Positions 1-9,459 are shown, counted from the stretch's first letter. The stretch is 27,748 nt of DNA from Anaerolineae bacterium (GCA_028284105.1 JANQSK010000446.1:1-27748); one strand, 5' to 3'. Program-made: numbers and translations. Notes: generated by a model not told the origin, from the sequence alone.

Positions 1-9
1 ATCAAGCAT
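1..9 (-). CDS. 5' end of a gene running off the left edge (M-L-D...), product unknown
   Basis: On the - strand, AAGGAG (23..18) is followed by an 8-nt spacer and ATG CTT GAT (9..1). Only three codons are visible. Confidence 0.5.
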
Positions 10-53
10 AGGCCAAGCTCCTTATTCAATAGATGAAAGTCGTTGTGTGATTA

Positions 54-169
54 TTAAGTGAAACGAAGTTCCTGTTTTGATTAAAATGACAGCTACAAAT
101 TTCGTTTCCTTGAGGTTCAGAAGCTTATTTTTATCAGGGTTATCTATTTAGCAACTTCGGAACACTTAA
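54..169. mobile_element. 116-bp MITE-like element, copy A, with imperfect terminal inverted repeats
   Basis: The left end TTAAGTGAAACGAAGTT matches the reverse complement of the right end (TTAAGTGTTCCGAAGTT) at 14/17. A second, inverted copy lies at 18477-18591. No coding capacity; intergenic between divergent genes. Confidence 0.7.
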
Positions 170-321
170 TTATTCACCAATTTATAATTTCACCAATCGA
201 TTGCTAGATATCAGTTTTTGGGGAGAAAAGAAACAAAATATTGTGATCAAAACAACGCTCAATAGCTGAGTTGTAACATTTATGTGGCAACTAATGAGAG
301 CACTTTTTATATTAGGCTGGT

Positions 322-331
322 GTGATAAAAT
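322..331 (+). promoter_or_regulatory. Extended -10 promoter element (TGnTAAAAT), probably driving a leaderless trmFO mRNA
   Basis: GTGATAAAAT ends 7 nt before ATG 339, with no SD between. The identical 10-mer precedes hflX. Confidence 0.5.
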
Positions 332-338
332 TAGCCTC

Positions 339-1706
339 ATGGAACAACCGTTAACCGTCATTGGGGGCGGTCTGGCTGGTACAGAAGCAGCGTGGCAAGC
401 CGCATCGCTTGGCGTACCTGTTCGGCTTTATGAAATGCGCCCCCAAAAAAATACACCTGCTCACGTCACAAATAAGCTCGCAGAGCTTGTTTGTAGCAAT
501 TCGCTTGGCTCTTATTTGCCTCATAAAGCCCCTGGTGTGCTCAAGGCAGAATTACGCGGCTTGGGCTCAATGATTTTAGAATGTGCCCAACAAACGGCCG
601 TTCCTGCCGGCTCCTCTCTTGCTGTAGATCGTGAAGGGTTTGCGGAGCTGGTCACTGAAAAAATTGATAAAACCCCCCTAATTGAGCTTGTCCGCGAAGA
701 AGTCACCAAAATTCCTAACACCCCTACAATCATTGCCACAGGTCCACTGACTTCAGATGCGCTTGCTAAAGAAATTCAGGCACTTTCTGGACAAGAGTAC
801 ATGTATTTTTATGATGCGTTGTCCCCGATTGTGCACTACGAATCAATTGACTTTTCAATTGCATACCGTCAATCTCGATATGATAAGGGGGAACAAGTTG
901 ATGGTGATTACATCAACTGCCCCATGACCAAAGAAGAGTATGATCGGTTTGTCGCCGCTTTACTCGAAGGGGAGCTGATCACGCTCAAACAATTTGAGCA
1001 AGAAGACCAGCACTTTTTTGAAGGGTGTATGCCTATTGAGCAAATAGCGCGCCGAGGGGAAAAGGCGTTGGCTTTTGGTCCGATGCGACCGGTTGGCTTA
1101 ACTGACCCGCGCACAGGAAAACGGCCGTTTGCTGTGGTTCAACTCAGACAAGATAATTTGATGGGTTCCTTATTTAATATCGTTGGTTTTCAAACAAATT
1201 TAAAGTGGGGTGAGCAGCGCCGGATATTGCGACTTATTCCCGGATTGGAAAAAGCTGAATTTTTACGGTATGGCATGATGCATCGCAATACGTACATCAA
1301 TGCGCCACAGCTTTTGCATCCTACACTTCAATATCGTGGTCGTTCAAATCTCTATTTTGCAGGACAGATTACAGGCGTTGAGGGATATATGGGAAACGCT
1401 GCGACTGGCTTGCTTGCAGGTTTGAATGCTGCTCGAATGATGAAAGGCAAATTACCTGTCATCATGCCAACCATGACAATGCTTGGTGCGCTGTGCCATT
1501 ATGTAACTCACGCCGAAGCAAAAAACTTTCAACCTATGAAGGCTAATTTTGGCCTATTTCCTATGCCACCCAATAATTTGCCTAAATCTGACCGATATCG
1601 ATGGTATAGCGAAAGAGCATTGACCAATATGCGGCGATTTACACGATCAAATGGGATTAACTATGATCGCGTGGTTGCTGAAGCAGTAACGGAGATGGAG
1701 AAATAG
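339..1706 (+). CDS. trmFO: Methylenetetrahydrofolate--tRNA-(uracil-54)-C5-methyltransferase TrmFO (Gid)
   Basis: FAD-binding [14 protein letters not shown], plus [49 protein letters not shown] and [12 protein letters not shown] place the start at ATG 339 ([11 protein letters not shown]) rather than 282, because homologs begin just before the GxGxxG motif. Confidence 0.95.
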   Translation: MEQPLTVIGGGLAGTEAAWQAASLGVPVRLYEMRPQKNTPAHVTNKLAELVCSNSLGSYLPHKAPGVLKAELRGLGSMILECAQQTAVPAGSSLAVDREGFAELVTEKIDKTPLIELVREEVTKIPNTPTIIATGPLTSDALAKEIQALSGQEYMYFYDALSPIVHYESIDFSIAYRQSRYDKGEQVDGDYINCPMTKEEYDRFVAALLEGELITLKQFEQEDQHFFEGCMPIEQIARRGEKALAFGPMRPVGLTDPRTGKRPFAVVQLRQDNLMGSLFNIVGFQTNLKWGEQRRILRLIPGLEKAEFLRYGMMHRNTYINAPQLLHPTLQYRGRSNLYFAGQITGVEGYMGNAATGLLAGLNAARMMKGKLPVIMPTMTMLGALCHYVTHAEAKNFQPMKANFGLFPMPPNNLPKSDRYRWYSERALTNMRRFTRSNGINYDRVVAEAVTEMEK

Positions 1707-1707
1707 C

Positions 1708-2901
1708 TTGTCCCAAAGCTTGAAGCTGTGGCTTCGACAAGAATCGGCATCCTTGTGTGCGGCCGTTTTTGAGAATACACCCCCAGCCTTATCCTTGAAT
1801 CATGATGATGTGTCACAGTTTCTGGCAACATTAGCTGATCATGTTGGGCTGCATTCCGAATTTCAACTTGCTGCAGTTCAGGGTTGGGCATTAACGGCGA
1901 TTGGACAAGATGGTCCTCGCTCCCGTGATTGGCTCTGGGTTCTCCGTTTGCTAAAAGAAGCTTTGATCAAAGCCTTAGACCAAAATATGTCCCCTTCAGA
2001 GGCGCTTAAAAGTTGGCGGGGTCTTGATGAGTTTTTGACCTATGCCATGATTGAGGCCTCTCAGCTAGCAACTGACTTTGAACGCGCAAACTTGTTAGAA
2101 CAAATTGTGCAGCTTCGGAACCAACAAGAGATATTTGAGCGGAGCAAATCTAATTTCATCAATGTGGCAGCGCACGAATTGCGCACCCCTCTTACAATTT
2201 TGGAAGGGTATGCGAATATGATTCGCGCAGAGGCTGAAGAAGGTTCTCGATTCCACATTTACACAGAGGGGCTGGGGAACGGTTTTCGCCGGATGCATGA
2301 AATTATTGGAGATATGATTGATGCATCTTTGATTGATCTCGGTTCTGTCGAGCTCAAGGTGCGCCAAATTAACCTTGAATCCACCATCCGCCTAGTAACT
2401 GATAAATTACAAAAGATTTTTGCAGAGCGAAAAGTTGAATTAATAGTCAGTCCATTCTATGTTGATTCTGAAACCTATGGTGATGAAGAGCGCTTGGCAA
2501 AAGCGTTTACGAAGGTCATCATGAATGGCTTAAAATACACTCCCGACAATGGGCAAGTCAATATTACAGCCGCTTTCATTCGGCAAGATGAAGCATCTGA
2601 TGAGCTAGCAGGGTATATTGACGTTCAAATTAGCGATAGCGGCATTGGAATTGCCCCTGAAAATCAAGACCTCATCTTTAACAAGTTTGCCAGCACGTCT
2701 GCTTATGAACTGCACTCGTCAAGCAAAACAAATTTTAAAGGGGGTGGTGCAGGTTTAGGTCTCGCCATTGTCAAGGGGATTATTGAAGCGCACGAGGGTC
2801 GTATATGGGCAGAAAGCCCTGGCTATGATGAAGAAAAGCTGCCCGGAACAACTTTTCATATTGAGTTGCCAATTTGGATCAATCAGCCGGAAATTGAATA
2901 A
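1708..2901 (+). CDS. Soluble sensor histidine kinase (N-terminal helical domain + HisKA + HATPase_c)
   Basis: H-box FINVAAHELRTPL, N-box KVIMNGLKYT, G1 DSGIGI, F-box IFNKF and G2 GGAGLGLAI. TTG start with GGAG 7 nt upstream, 1 nt after the trmFO stop. No obvious TM segment. Confidence 0.9.
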   Translation: MSQSLKLWLRQESASLCAAVFENTPPALSLNHDDVSQFLATLADHVGLHSEFQLAAVQGWALTAIGQDGPRSRDWLWVLRLLKEALIKALDQNMSPSEALKSWRGLDEFLTYAMIEASQLATDFERANLLEQIVQLRNQQEIFERSKSNFINVAAHELRTPLTILEGYANMIRAEAEEGSRFHIYTEGLGNGFRRMHEIIGDMIDASLIDLGSVELKVRQINLESTIRLVTDKLQKIFAERKVELIVSPFYVDSETYGDEERLAKAFTKVIMNGLKYTPDNGQVNITAAFIRQDEASDELAGYIDVQISDSGIGIAPENQDLIFNKFASTSAYELHSSSKTNFKGGGAGLGLAIVKGIIEAHEGRIWAESPGYDEEKLPGTTFHIELPIWINQPEIE

Positions 2902-2978
2902 CGAATTTAGAGTAAAAGACCGTTGGTACCCGTTTATTATACTTGCCAATGCTCTTTGCTCTTGAATAGAGGATATTT

Positions 2979-4592
2979 ATGGATATTAAAGTTGAAGTCA
3001 AACCAACGGCCGTAACTGTATTTCCTGACAGAGCGCGTGTTACTGCAGTGGGTGAATGTGACGTTTCAGCAGGCAGCCATAAATTGCTTGTGACCCAACT
3101 CCCATTAACAATGCAGCCTGATTCCTTACGAGTCTCTGGGAAGGGAACAACAAGCGTACAAATATTGAGTGCTGACGTTAAGCGAGAATTTTTTGATGAG
3201 GCACCCCAAAAGAATGTTAGAGAATTAGAAGCGGAAATTGAATCGTTAAGCGATCAGCTACGGGATGTTGATGATCAAAAAGCAGGTTGGGAGGCACACG
3301 GCCGTTACCTTGAAGGGATGCGGCAAGCAACCGGCGCTTATGCCAAAGGGCTTTCTCGTGGCACTTCTCAGGTTGAAGATCAACTCAAGATTGTGGCTTT
3401 TTTGCAAGAGCAGGACAGTGCAATGCGAACGGCCGTTTCGAATCTTGATAAGGAAGCCCGTCAGCTGAACAAACAGATTGAGAAGCTAAAATTAGAGCTA
3501 GGTCAGCAATCATCGAGACGACGTGGCAAGCAAATGTATCAAGCCGTGATTGACATTCAGGTTTCAGGTGAAGGCACATTTTCCCCTGAAGTGACCTATG
3601 TTGTTAATCAGGCGAGCTGGCGACCTCTGTATGATGTTCGTTTAAAAACAATAGGTGTGTCGCTTCCTGAAATTGGGATATCAACTTTGGCAGAAATCAC
3701 CCAGCGAACCGGGCAAAGCTGGGATGCGGTTGCTTTATCTGTATCAACTGCCCGACCTGCGCTCAATCAACGATTACCTAAACTCAACCCTTGGCCCATT
3801 GACCAATTCCGCAAACCCGAAATTCGTCGTCCTATGGCAATGGCCGCTCCACCAAAAGCGTCGGCGTTGAGGTCAAAAGCACGTGCCACAGAAGAAACTG
3901 AAATGGTTGGGTTTGCGGCTGAAGCAGAACCTGCTCCCGTTGAAGCTGAGGAAATCGTGGCCCAAGTTGAAGATACAGGAACGGCCGTTCGGTTTGTGGT
4001 CTCTGGCGGTTCGGATATTCCAAGCGATGGTTCACCCCATAAAACAACTTTGGCTAACTATCAGCTAGAGCCCAAACTTGATTTTGTCGCTGTTCCAAAA
4101 CACACAGATGCTGTTTACCGTCGGGCAACCACCAAAAACATCTCCGGTGCACCTTGGTTAGCTGGACAGGCTAATCTGTTTGTAGATGATGAATTTATTG
4201 GCAAGACATCCATTGACTATACGGCCAAGGGTGGGGAAATAGAGCTATTGCTTGGTGTTGAAGATCGCATCACGATTAAACGTGAAATGACACGGCGAGA
4301 TGTGGATAAGAAAATGTTAAGCGATCAGCGTCGAATCCGCTTTGGCTATGAGATTGAGGTTGAGAATTTGCTCGATACGGCCGTTAGAGTTGAAATTCAA
4401 GATCACATCCCGATTTCTAGACATGAGCAAATCAAAGTCAAGATGCAAAAAACGGACCCTGACCCACAAGATGTAAGCGACATGAATTTGATGGAGTGGT
4501 TGTTACCATTAGCTTCCAAACAAAAATCAACGATTGCCTACGAATTCTTAGTAGAACATCCACGCTCGCTACAGGTGGCGGGCTTACCGTGA
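2979..4592 (+). CDS. DUF4140/DUF4139 (mucoidy inhibitor MuiA-like) protein
   Basis: N-terminal VTVFPDRARVT, a central coiled coil, YVVNQASWRPLYDVRL, AEITQRTGQSW...LSVSTARP, and C-terminal GEIELLLGVE...VRVEIQDHIPIS. SD-like AGAGGA upstream. Confidence 0.85.
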   Translation: MDIKVEVKPTAVTVFPDRARVTAVGECDVSAGSHKLLVTQLPLTMQPDSLRVSGKGTTSVQILSADVKREFFDEAPQKNVRELEAEIESLSDQLRDVDDQKAGWEAHGRYLEGMRQATGAYAKGLSRGTSQVEDQLKIVAFLQEQDSAMRTAVSNLDKEARQLNKQIEKLKLELGQQSSRRRGKQMYQAVIDIQVSGEGTFSPEVTYVVNQASWRPLYDVRLKTIGVSLPEIGISTLAEITQRTGQSWDAVALSVSTARPALNQRLPKLNPWPIDQFRKPEIRRPMAMAAPPKASALRSKARATEETEMVGFAAEAEPAPVEAEEIVAQVEDTGTAVRFVVSGGSDIPSDGSPHKTTLANYQLEPKLDFVAVPKHTDAVYRRATTKNISGAPWLAGQANLFVDDEFIGKTSIDYTAKGGEIELLLGVEDRITIKREMTRRDVDKKMLSDQRRIRFGYEIEVENLLDTAVRVEIQDHIPISRHEQIKVKMQKTDPDPQDVSDMNLMEWLLPLASKQKSTIAYEFLVEHPRSLQVAGLP

Positions 4593-4598
4593 TAAAAT
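4589..4598 (+). promoter_or_regulatory. Extended -10 element (GTGATAAAAT) overlapping the upstream stop codon; probable leaderless hflX promoter
   Basis: TGnTAAAAT ends 6 nt before ATG 4605, with no SD. Identical to the element before trmFO. Confidence 0.5.
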
Positions 4599-4604
4599 AA
4601 CGAT

Positions 4605-5912
4605 ATGACAAAAGTTTACCCAACTGCACCACCACGAGAGAAAGCCTATTTGGTGGGTGCTGGATCAAAAAATGAACGGCCGTTGTTGCCTATCGAGGAT
4701 AGCGTTGAAGAACTGGGCCGTTTAGCAGATACTGCCGGATTAGAAGTTGTTGGCCAAGCCATCCAGCGTTTTAATCGACCCGATCGCTCAACCTATATTG
4801 GCTCAGGTAAAGTCGAAGAAGTCAAGATGATGGTTGAGGAATTAGGGGCTGGCGTTGTCATCTTTGATGATGAGCTTTCACCACGTCACCAGAGAGAACT
4901 TGAGAAGATCTTTGGTGAAGAGATCAAAGTCTTGGATAGAACGGCTTTGATTCTTGATATTTTTGCCCTACACGCCAACACGGCAGAAGGGAAGCTTCAA
5001 GTAGAGTTGGCTCAGCTTGAATACCGTGTCCCCCGTTTAACGCGCATGTGGACTCACTTGGCTCGACAGGCAGGTGGTCGTGCAGGTGGGGCTGGCGGAG
5101 GTGTCGGTTTGCGTGGTCCTGGTGAAACCCAGCTAGAAGCTGACCGCCGAGAAATCGGTCACCGTATAAGCTTTGTAAAAGATCAGCTTGAAAAAGTTCG
5201 CGCACGACGTGAACGTCATCGTATGAAGCGCCAACAAACAGAATTGAAAGTAGTTGCGATTGTTGGTTACACCAATGCCGGAAAATCAACCTTGCTCAAC
5301 CGACTGACGGATGCTAATGTGCTTTCCGCTGATATGCTATTTGCGACGCTTGATCCAACAACAAGAAAAGTTCAAATGCCAGGCGGGCGAGAAGTCCTTT
5401 TTACGGATACGGTAGGATTTATTCAAAAATTACCAACCCATATTGTGGCTTCTTTCCGTGCAACGCTTGAAGAGATTAAAGATGCAGATATGCTGCTGCA
5501 CGTTGTAGATTCAACCCATCCCAATGCCGGAGCTCAAATTGATTCGGTCGAAGATACGCTAGCAGAGCTTGAAGTTGATCATTTACCCGTTGTTGTTGCT
5601 TTGAATAAAATTGACCAGCTGCCAGAAGGGCTTCCTCCTGATGCAAATTTAGATATTGATGCACCTATGGTGGGGGTATCAGCCCATACCGGGGAAGGGA
5701 TTGAGGATCTTCTCACCACAATCGAAGCTGTGATGACGCGCTACATGACTGAAATTATGATTGAGCTTCCTTATGCAAAAGGAGATTTGCGCTCACTGTT
5801 TTATGAACGTGGTCAAGTTGATAGTGAAGAGCCCAATGATCATGGTTTGCGGATTTACGGCCGTATTCCTCATCGTCTGGTGCCTTATTTTGAACCCTAT
5901 TTGGTGAACTAA
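4605..5912 (+). CDS. hflX: Ribosome-splitting GTPase HflX
   Basis: YIGSGKVEE, DRTALILDIFA, EGKLQVELAQLEY, GLRGPGETQLE, G1 GYTNAGKST, LFATLDPT, G3 DTVGF and G4 NKID. Confidence 0.97.
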   Translation: MTKVYPTAPPREKAYLVGAGSKNERPLLPIEDSVEELGRLADTAGLEVVGQAIQRFNRPDRSTYIGSGKVEEVKMMVEELGAGVVIFDDELSPRHQRELEKIFGEEIKVLDRTALILDIFALHANTAEGKLQVELAQLEYRVPRLTRMWTHLARQAGGRAGGAGGGVGLRGPGETQLEADRREIGHRISFVKDQLEKVRARRERHRMKRQQTELKVVAIVGYTNAGKSTLLNRLTDANVLSADMLFATLDPTTRKVQMPGGREVLFTDTVGFIQKLPTHIVASFRATLEEIKDADMLLHVVDSTHPNAGAQIDSVEDTLAELEVDHLPVVVALNKIDQLPEGLPPDANLDIDAPMVGVSAHTGEGIEDLLTTIEAVMTRYMTEIMIELPYAKGDLRSLFYERGQVDSEEPNDHGLRIYGRIPHRLVPYFEPYLVN

Positions 5913-5926
5913 TAAATCAGGCAAAC

Positions 5927-5938
5927 TGATTAATCACC
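5927..5938 (+). promoter_or_regulatory. Candidate operator, palindrome TGATTAATCA(CC), copy 1
   Basis: Perfect 10-bp palindrome starting 24 nt before ATG 5951, directly 5' of the GGAG SD. The same 12-mer sits at the same offset before yceI. Confidence 0.5.
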
Positions 5939-5950
5939 GGAGCAATAGTT

Positions 5951-6151
5951 ATGAATGATTTAATTGATCGGATTGGACATTTCTTAGGTGGAAAGCCAGG
6001 ATTGTTACCGTTAATCGGTATTGGCCTCATTTTGCTTAATTTTGTTTTTCAACTTTTTCCAAGCAACTGGTTTGCTGAGGTTAATTTATTTCTTCATATA
6101 GGACTGATTGTAAGCTTGATAGGTATTTTACTGATTCGTCCCCTTCAATAA
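5951..6151 (+). CDS. Small two-TM membrane protein (66 aa), function unknown
   Basis: GGAG SD; two hydrophobic helices (GLLPLIGIGLILLNFVFQLF and LFLHIGLIVSLIGILLI); fills the gap between hflX and the M20 gene. Confidence 0.8.
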   Translation: MNDLIDRIGHFLGGKPGLLPLIGIGLILLNFVFQLFPSNWFAEVNLFLHIGLIVSLIGILLIRPLQ

Positions 6152-6160
6152 AGATTTTTA

Positions 6161-7336
6161 ATGCAGCAACTACTAAATATTTCAAACCATTCAGATATTC
6201 AAAATATTAAAGACAGAATTCGTTCTGAACAAGATGCTCTAATTGATTTAATTGTGCAGATTCAGCAAATACCTGCACCGACGTTTGATGAGGGGACCCG
6301 GGCGCTTTTTATTGAAGCAACGATGAAGCAATATGGTCTCGAGGATGTCAATAAAGATAACATTCATAATGTTTACGGCCGTTATCCCTTTTGTTCAAAC
6401 CCAGCTGGCCCTCCAATTATCATTTCTGCGCATAGTGACACGGTGTTTCCGCATGAAACAGATCTCTCTTATCATAAAAAAGGGTCAAAATTATATGGTC
6501 CAGGTATAGGAGATAATTCGACTGGTGTTGCTGGTATTTTATTTTTAGCAAAGCTCCTCATTGAGGAAAAAATCACATTGAAAAACCCTGTTTGGTTTGT
6601 ATCCAATGTGGGTGAAGAGGGTCTTGGGGATTTAGTTGGCATGAGAGCGGTCGTAGACCGGTTTGGTGAAAAAGCGAAATACATTGTGATTGAAGGTGGT
6701 CTTTTTGGACAGCTTTCTCATCAAGCGATTGGTGTGCAACGCTTCAAAATCTCTGTCGAAACGGAAGGTGGACACTCTTGGGGTAGCTTTGGGAAGACAA
6801 GTGCTATTCATGAATTAGGTCGACTCATTACCCTGATTGCTGATATGAAGGTTCCAAATTCACCAAAAACAACCTTTAACGTCGGGATGATTGAGGGAGG
6901 CACCTCAATCAATACTATTGCGCAACGGGCACACATGCTCCTTGATTTACGCTCTGAACATACAGAAACCCTCGATAAGCTCGTTAAAAGCGTCAAAGCG
7001 ATGGTTCAAAAAGCCAATCGTCAAAGCGATATGCGCACCACTTTTTCAATGGAACAAATTGGTAATCGACCCGCGGGGCAAGTACATCGAAATTCAGAAC
7101 TCGTCCGCCAGGCAATTGAATGTTTGAAGATGGTTGGGCGTTCAAGACCAATATTTATTACTAGTTCAACAGATTGCAATATACCGTTGAGCAGAGGGTA
7201 TGAGTCGGTGTGCATAGGTCTAACGGAATCAAATTTTGCCCACCGCTTAGATGAGCATATTGATGTGACCAACTTGCCTGTTGGCATGCATCAGATGATG
7301 CTTCTGTTGCTTTCAGCTGCGCATTTTGGTGAATGA
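6161..7336 (+). CDS. M20/M25/M40 family metallo-hydrolase
   Basis: ISAHSDTV (HxD), GPGIGDNSTG, NVGEEGLG (EE motif), TEGGHSWG, TTFNVGMIEGGTSINTI, STDCN and AHRLDE. Confidence 0.9.
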   Translation: MQQLLNISNHSDIQNIKDRIRSEQDALIDLIVQIQQIPAPTFDEGTRALFIEATMKQYGLEDVNKDNIHNVYGRYPFCSNPAGPPIIISAHSDTVFPHETDLSYHKKGSKLYGPGIGDNSTGVAGILFLAKLLIEEKITLKNPVWFVSNVGEEGLGDLVGMRAVVDRFGEKAKYIVIEGGLFGQLSHQAIGVQRFKISVETEGGHSWGSFGKTSAIHELGRLITLIADMKVPNSPKTTFNVGMIEGGTSINTIAQRAHMLLDLRSEHTETLDKLVKSVKAMVQKANRQSDMRTTFSMEQIGNRPAGQVHRNSELVRQAIECLKMVGRSRPIFITSSTDCNIPLSRGYESVCIGLTESNFAHRLDEHIDVTNLPVGMHQMMLLLLSAAHFGE

Positions 7337-8115
7337 TGATAGTTGATACCCATTGTCACCTTGACCTCAATCGGTTTGATGAAGACCGTGAGGCCGTTAT
7401 TCAGCGCTCTATTGAAGCCGGTGTGGAAAAAATCATTATTCCAGCATTGGATTTAAATAGCTGTCGTCGTGTACTTCAATTAGCTGATCAATTTACGACC
7501 GTTTACGTCGCCGTCGGCATTCACCCTAATTCCTCTGCAACTTGGAAAGATAGCTGGCTCAAGAAGCTTCGGGAGTTTGCTAAGCATCCCAAGGTTGTTG
7601 CCATTGGTGAAATTGGATTAGATTATTATTGGGATAAATCGCCCAAAGATATTCAGCATCGCGCTTTTTCATTACAGCTCGAATTGGCTGATGAACTTGA
7701 TTTACCCGTAATTGTGCACAATCGAGAATCAGATAATGATGTTGTGGCCCTTTTAAAATCCTCACCGCTAAATGGCAAAGAGAAGCCAGGTGTGCTGCAC
7801 TCTTTTTCAACAAGTTGGGATATTGCAGAGCTTGTTCTTGGGATGGGATTTTACTTGGGGTTTACCGGCCCAGTTACCTTCAAAAAGGCTGAAGGCTTAA
7901 GGGCAGTAGCCAGCCAAGTCCCATTGGATCGCATTTTGGCAGAAACAGATGCTCCTTTTTTGACACCCCATCCTTATCGCGGTAAACGAAACGAACCAGC
8001 CTACACTGCTTTTGTGGTAGAAAAGTTGGCGGAACTTCACGGTATGACGAAAGCAGAGATGGCTCAACGGACAACCGACAATGCACATCGATTGTTTGAA
8101 AGAATAAACGCATGA
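7333..8115 (+). CDS. TatD family hydrolase/DNase
   Basis: VDTHCHL, GIHP, AIGEIGLDYY, PVIVHNRE, GVLHSF and ETDAPFL..PYRGKRNEP. ATGA overlap with the upstream stop. Confidence 0.93.
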   Translation: MMIVDTHCHLDLNRFDEDREAVIQRSIEAGVEKIIIPALDLNSCRRVLQLADQFTTVYVAVGIHPNSSATWKDSWLKKLREFAKHPKVVAIGEIGLDYYWDKSPKDIQHRAFSLQLELADELDLPVIVHNRESDNDVVALLKSSPLNGKEKPGVLHSFSTSWDIAELVLGMGFYLGFTGPVTFKKAEGLRAVASQVPLDRILAETDAPFLTPHPYRGKRNEPAYTAFVVEKLAELHGMTKAEMAQRTTDNAHRLFERINA

Positions 8116-9059
8116 GCAAGAACTCAAACCCCCGATTATCAATCATCACGGTGAGTTGGAATGTGAGCAAACTGCTTCACGACTGTTTGAGTTCGGTAGA
8201 GGCTGTTCGAGACGCTCTCCATTTAGAAATGGTTGTCGTTGATAGTGCATCATCTGACGATACACCTGATATGGTTGAGCGTGATTTTCCTTGGGTCAAT
8301 TTGATTCGCTGCACTGAAAACGCTGGATTTCCGAAAGGCAATAACATTGGTATTGAAGCATCGACAGGTGAATATGTCATTTTGCTCAATCCTGACACGG
8401 TCGTAATTGAAGATGCATTATCACAGCTTTGTGATTATCTAGATGAGCATCAAGACGTTGGGGTCGTGGGTCCCAAGTTGTTAAATCCCGATGGCACGAT
8501 TCAATCATCACGACGTCGATTTCCTACCTTCCTAACAGGTGTTTTTGAAAGCACTTGGCTCCAAGAGTCAGCCCCAAAACAAATCTTAGATCATTATTAC
8601 GCGCTTGATTTGCCGGATGATGAAACGGCCGTTGTTGATTGGGTGATGGGGGCTGCGCTATTAACGCGACGCTCGATCATTGACCGAGTAGGTGGGCTAG
8701 ACGAAGCTTATTTTATGTACTCAGAAGAACTGGATTGGTGTCGCAGAATTAAAGAGGCGGGGTGGGAAGTGGTTTATTTACCTTCTGCCCAAATCATCCA
8801 TCACCTTGGTAAAAGTAGCGAACAGGCTGTCACGCATCGGCACATTAACTTTAATAAAGCAAAATTGCGTTATTTCAGAAAGTATCATGGGATAGTTGTT
8901 GCATTTGCATTACGTGCCTTTTTGTTGTTAACTTATCTTCAACAGCTACTGTTAGAGGTATTCAAAGGAATAATTGGCCATAAACGGCCGTTGCGCTGGC
9001 AACGCGCAAAATCATATTGGCAGGTTGTTCGATCCGGGTTGCGTCCTGCGGGATATTAA
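8112..9059 (+). CDS. Glycosyltransferase family 2 (WbbL/rhamnosyltransferase-like)
   Basis: SIITVSWN, VVVDSASSDDT, NAGFPKGNNIG, LLNPD, WVMGAALL, YFMYSEELDWC. ATGA overlap with tatD. Confidence 0.9.
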   Translation: MSKNSNPRLSIITVSWNVSKLLHDCLSSVEAVRDALHLEMVVVDSASSDDTPDMVERDFPWVNLIRCTENAGFPKGNNIGIEASTGEYVILLNPDTVVIEDALSQLCDYLDEHQDVGVVGPKLLNPDGTIQSSRRRFPTFLTGVFESTWLQESAPKQILDHYYALDLPDDETAVVDWVMGAALLTRRSIIDRVGGLDEAYFMYSEELDWCRRIKEAGWEVVYLPSAQIIHHLGKSSEQAVTHRHINFNKAKLRYFRKYHGIVVAFALRAFLLLTYLQQLLLEVFKGIIGHKRPLRWQRAKSYWQVVRSGLRPAGY

Positions 9060-9095
9060 TTGAAATTGTAGAACCACAACGAGAAGGTTGGTTAC

Positions 9096-9452
9096 ATGAA
9101 AACAAAGAAAGTATCAATAGAATTGAGTGAAGCAGATTTCGAAGCATTAGAATCAATCTCTAAAGCGTGTGGGTGGAGTATGAGCAAGGTTGTTGGGCAA
9201 TGTGTAAAAAGCGGTATGCCCCCTTCGTTGAACAAAGTTCCTGAACTGTTTCATGATGAGCTATTGGCATTAAACAAGTTGGACGACCGAAAGTTGCTGG
9301 ATGTTTTAGAAGATAATTTACCTTCTAAGAAAAAAGAGACAGCCGCTCACAAAAAGGCTAACTTTAGTGCATTGCGCAAAACATATGCTTTAAGATTACT
9401 TCGTTGGCGGGGTCATTCAATCCCGCTCCCCTTTGAAAGTATGATCGGATAG
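9096..9452 (+). CDS. Hypothetical protein with an N-terminal ribbon-helix-helix (CopG-like) signature
   Basis: KKVSIELSEADFEALESISKACGWSMSKVVGQCV fits the beta-strand-helix-helix pattern; C-terminal LRKTYALRLLRWRGH. The fold assignment is inference. Confidence 0.7.
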   Translation: MKTKKVSIELSEADFEALESISKACGWSMSKVVGQCVKSGMPPSLNKVPELFHDELLALNKLDDRKLLDVLEDNLPSKKKETAAHKKANFSALRKTYALRLLRWRGHSIPLPFESMIG

Positions 9453-9459
9453 AAACAAA

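Noticed and set aside
173-197. Direct repeat TTCACCAAT x2 flanking TATAAT
   Set aside because: A 9-bp repeat in AT-rich DNA is weak evidence, and there is no second locus to support it.
282-338. Longer trmFO start (MWQLMRALF...)
   Set aside because: The extra 19 aa precede the FAD-binding motif that normally starts the protein, and the region contains an extended -10 element positioned for ATG 339.
4605-5912. hflX as an antibiotic-resistance HflXr variant
   Set aside because: It looks like a housekeeping HflX. I see no upstream attenuator/leader peptide and cannot assign the subfamily by eye.
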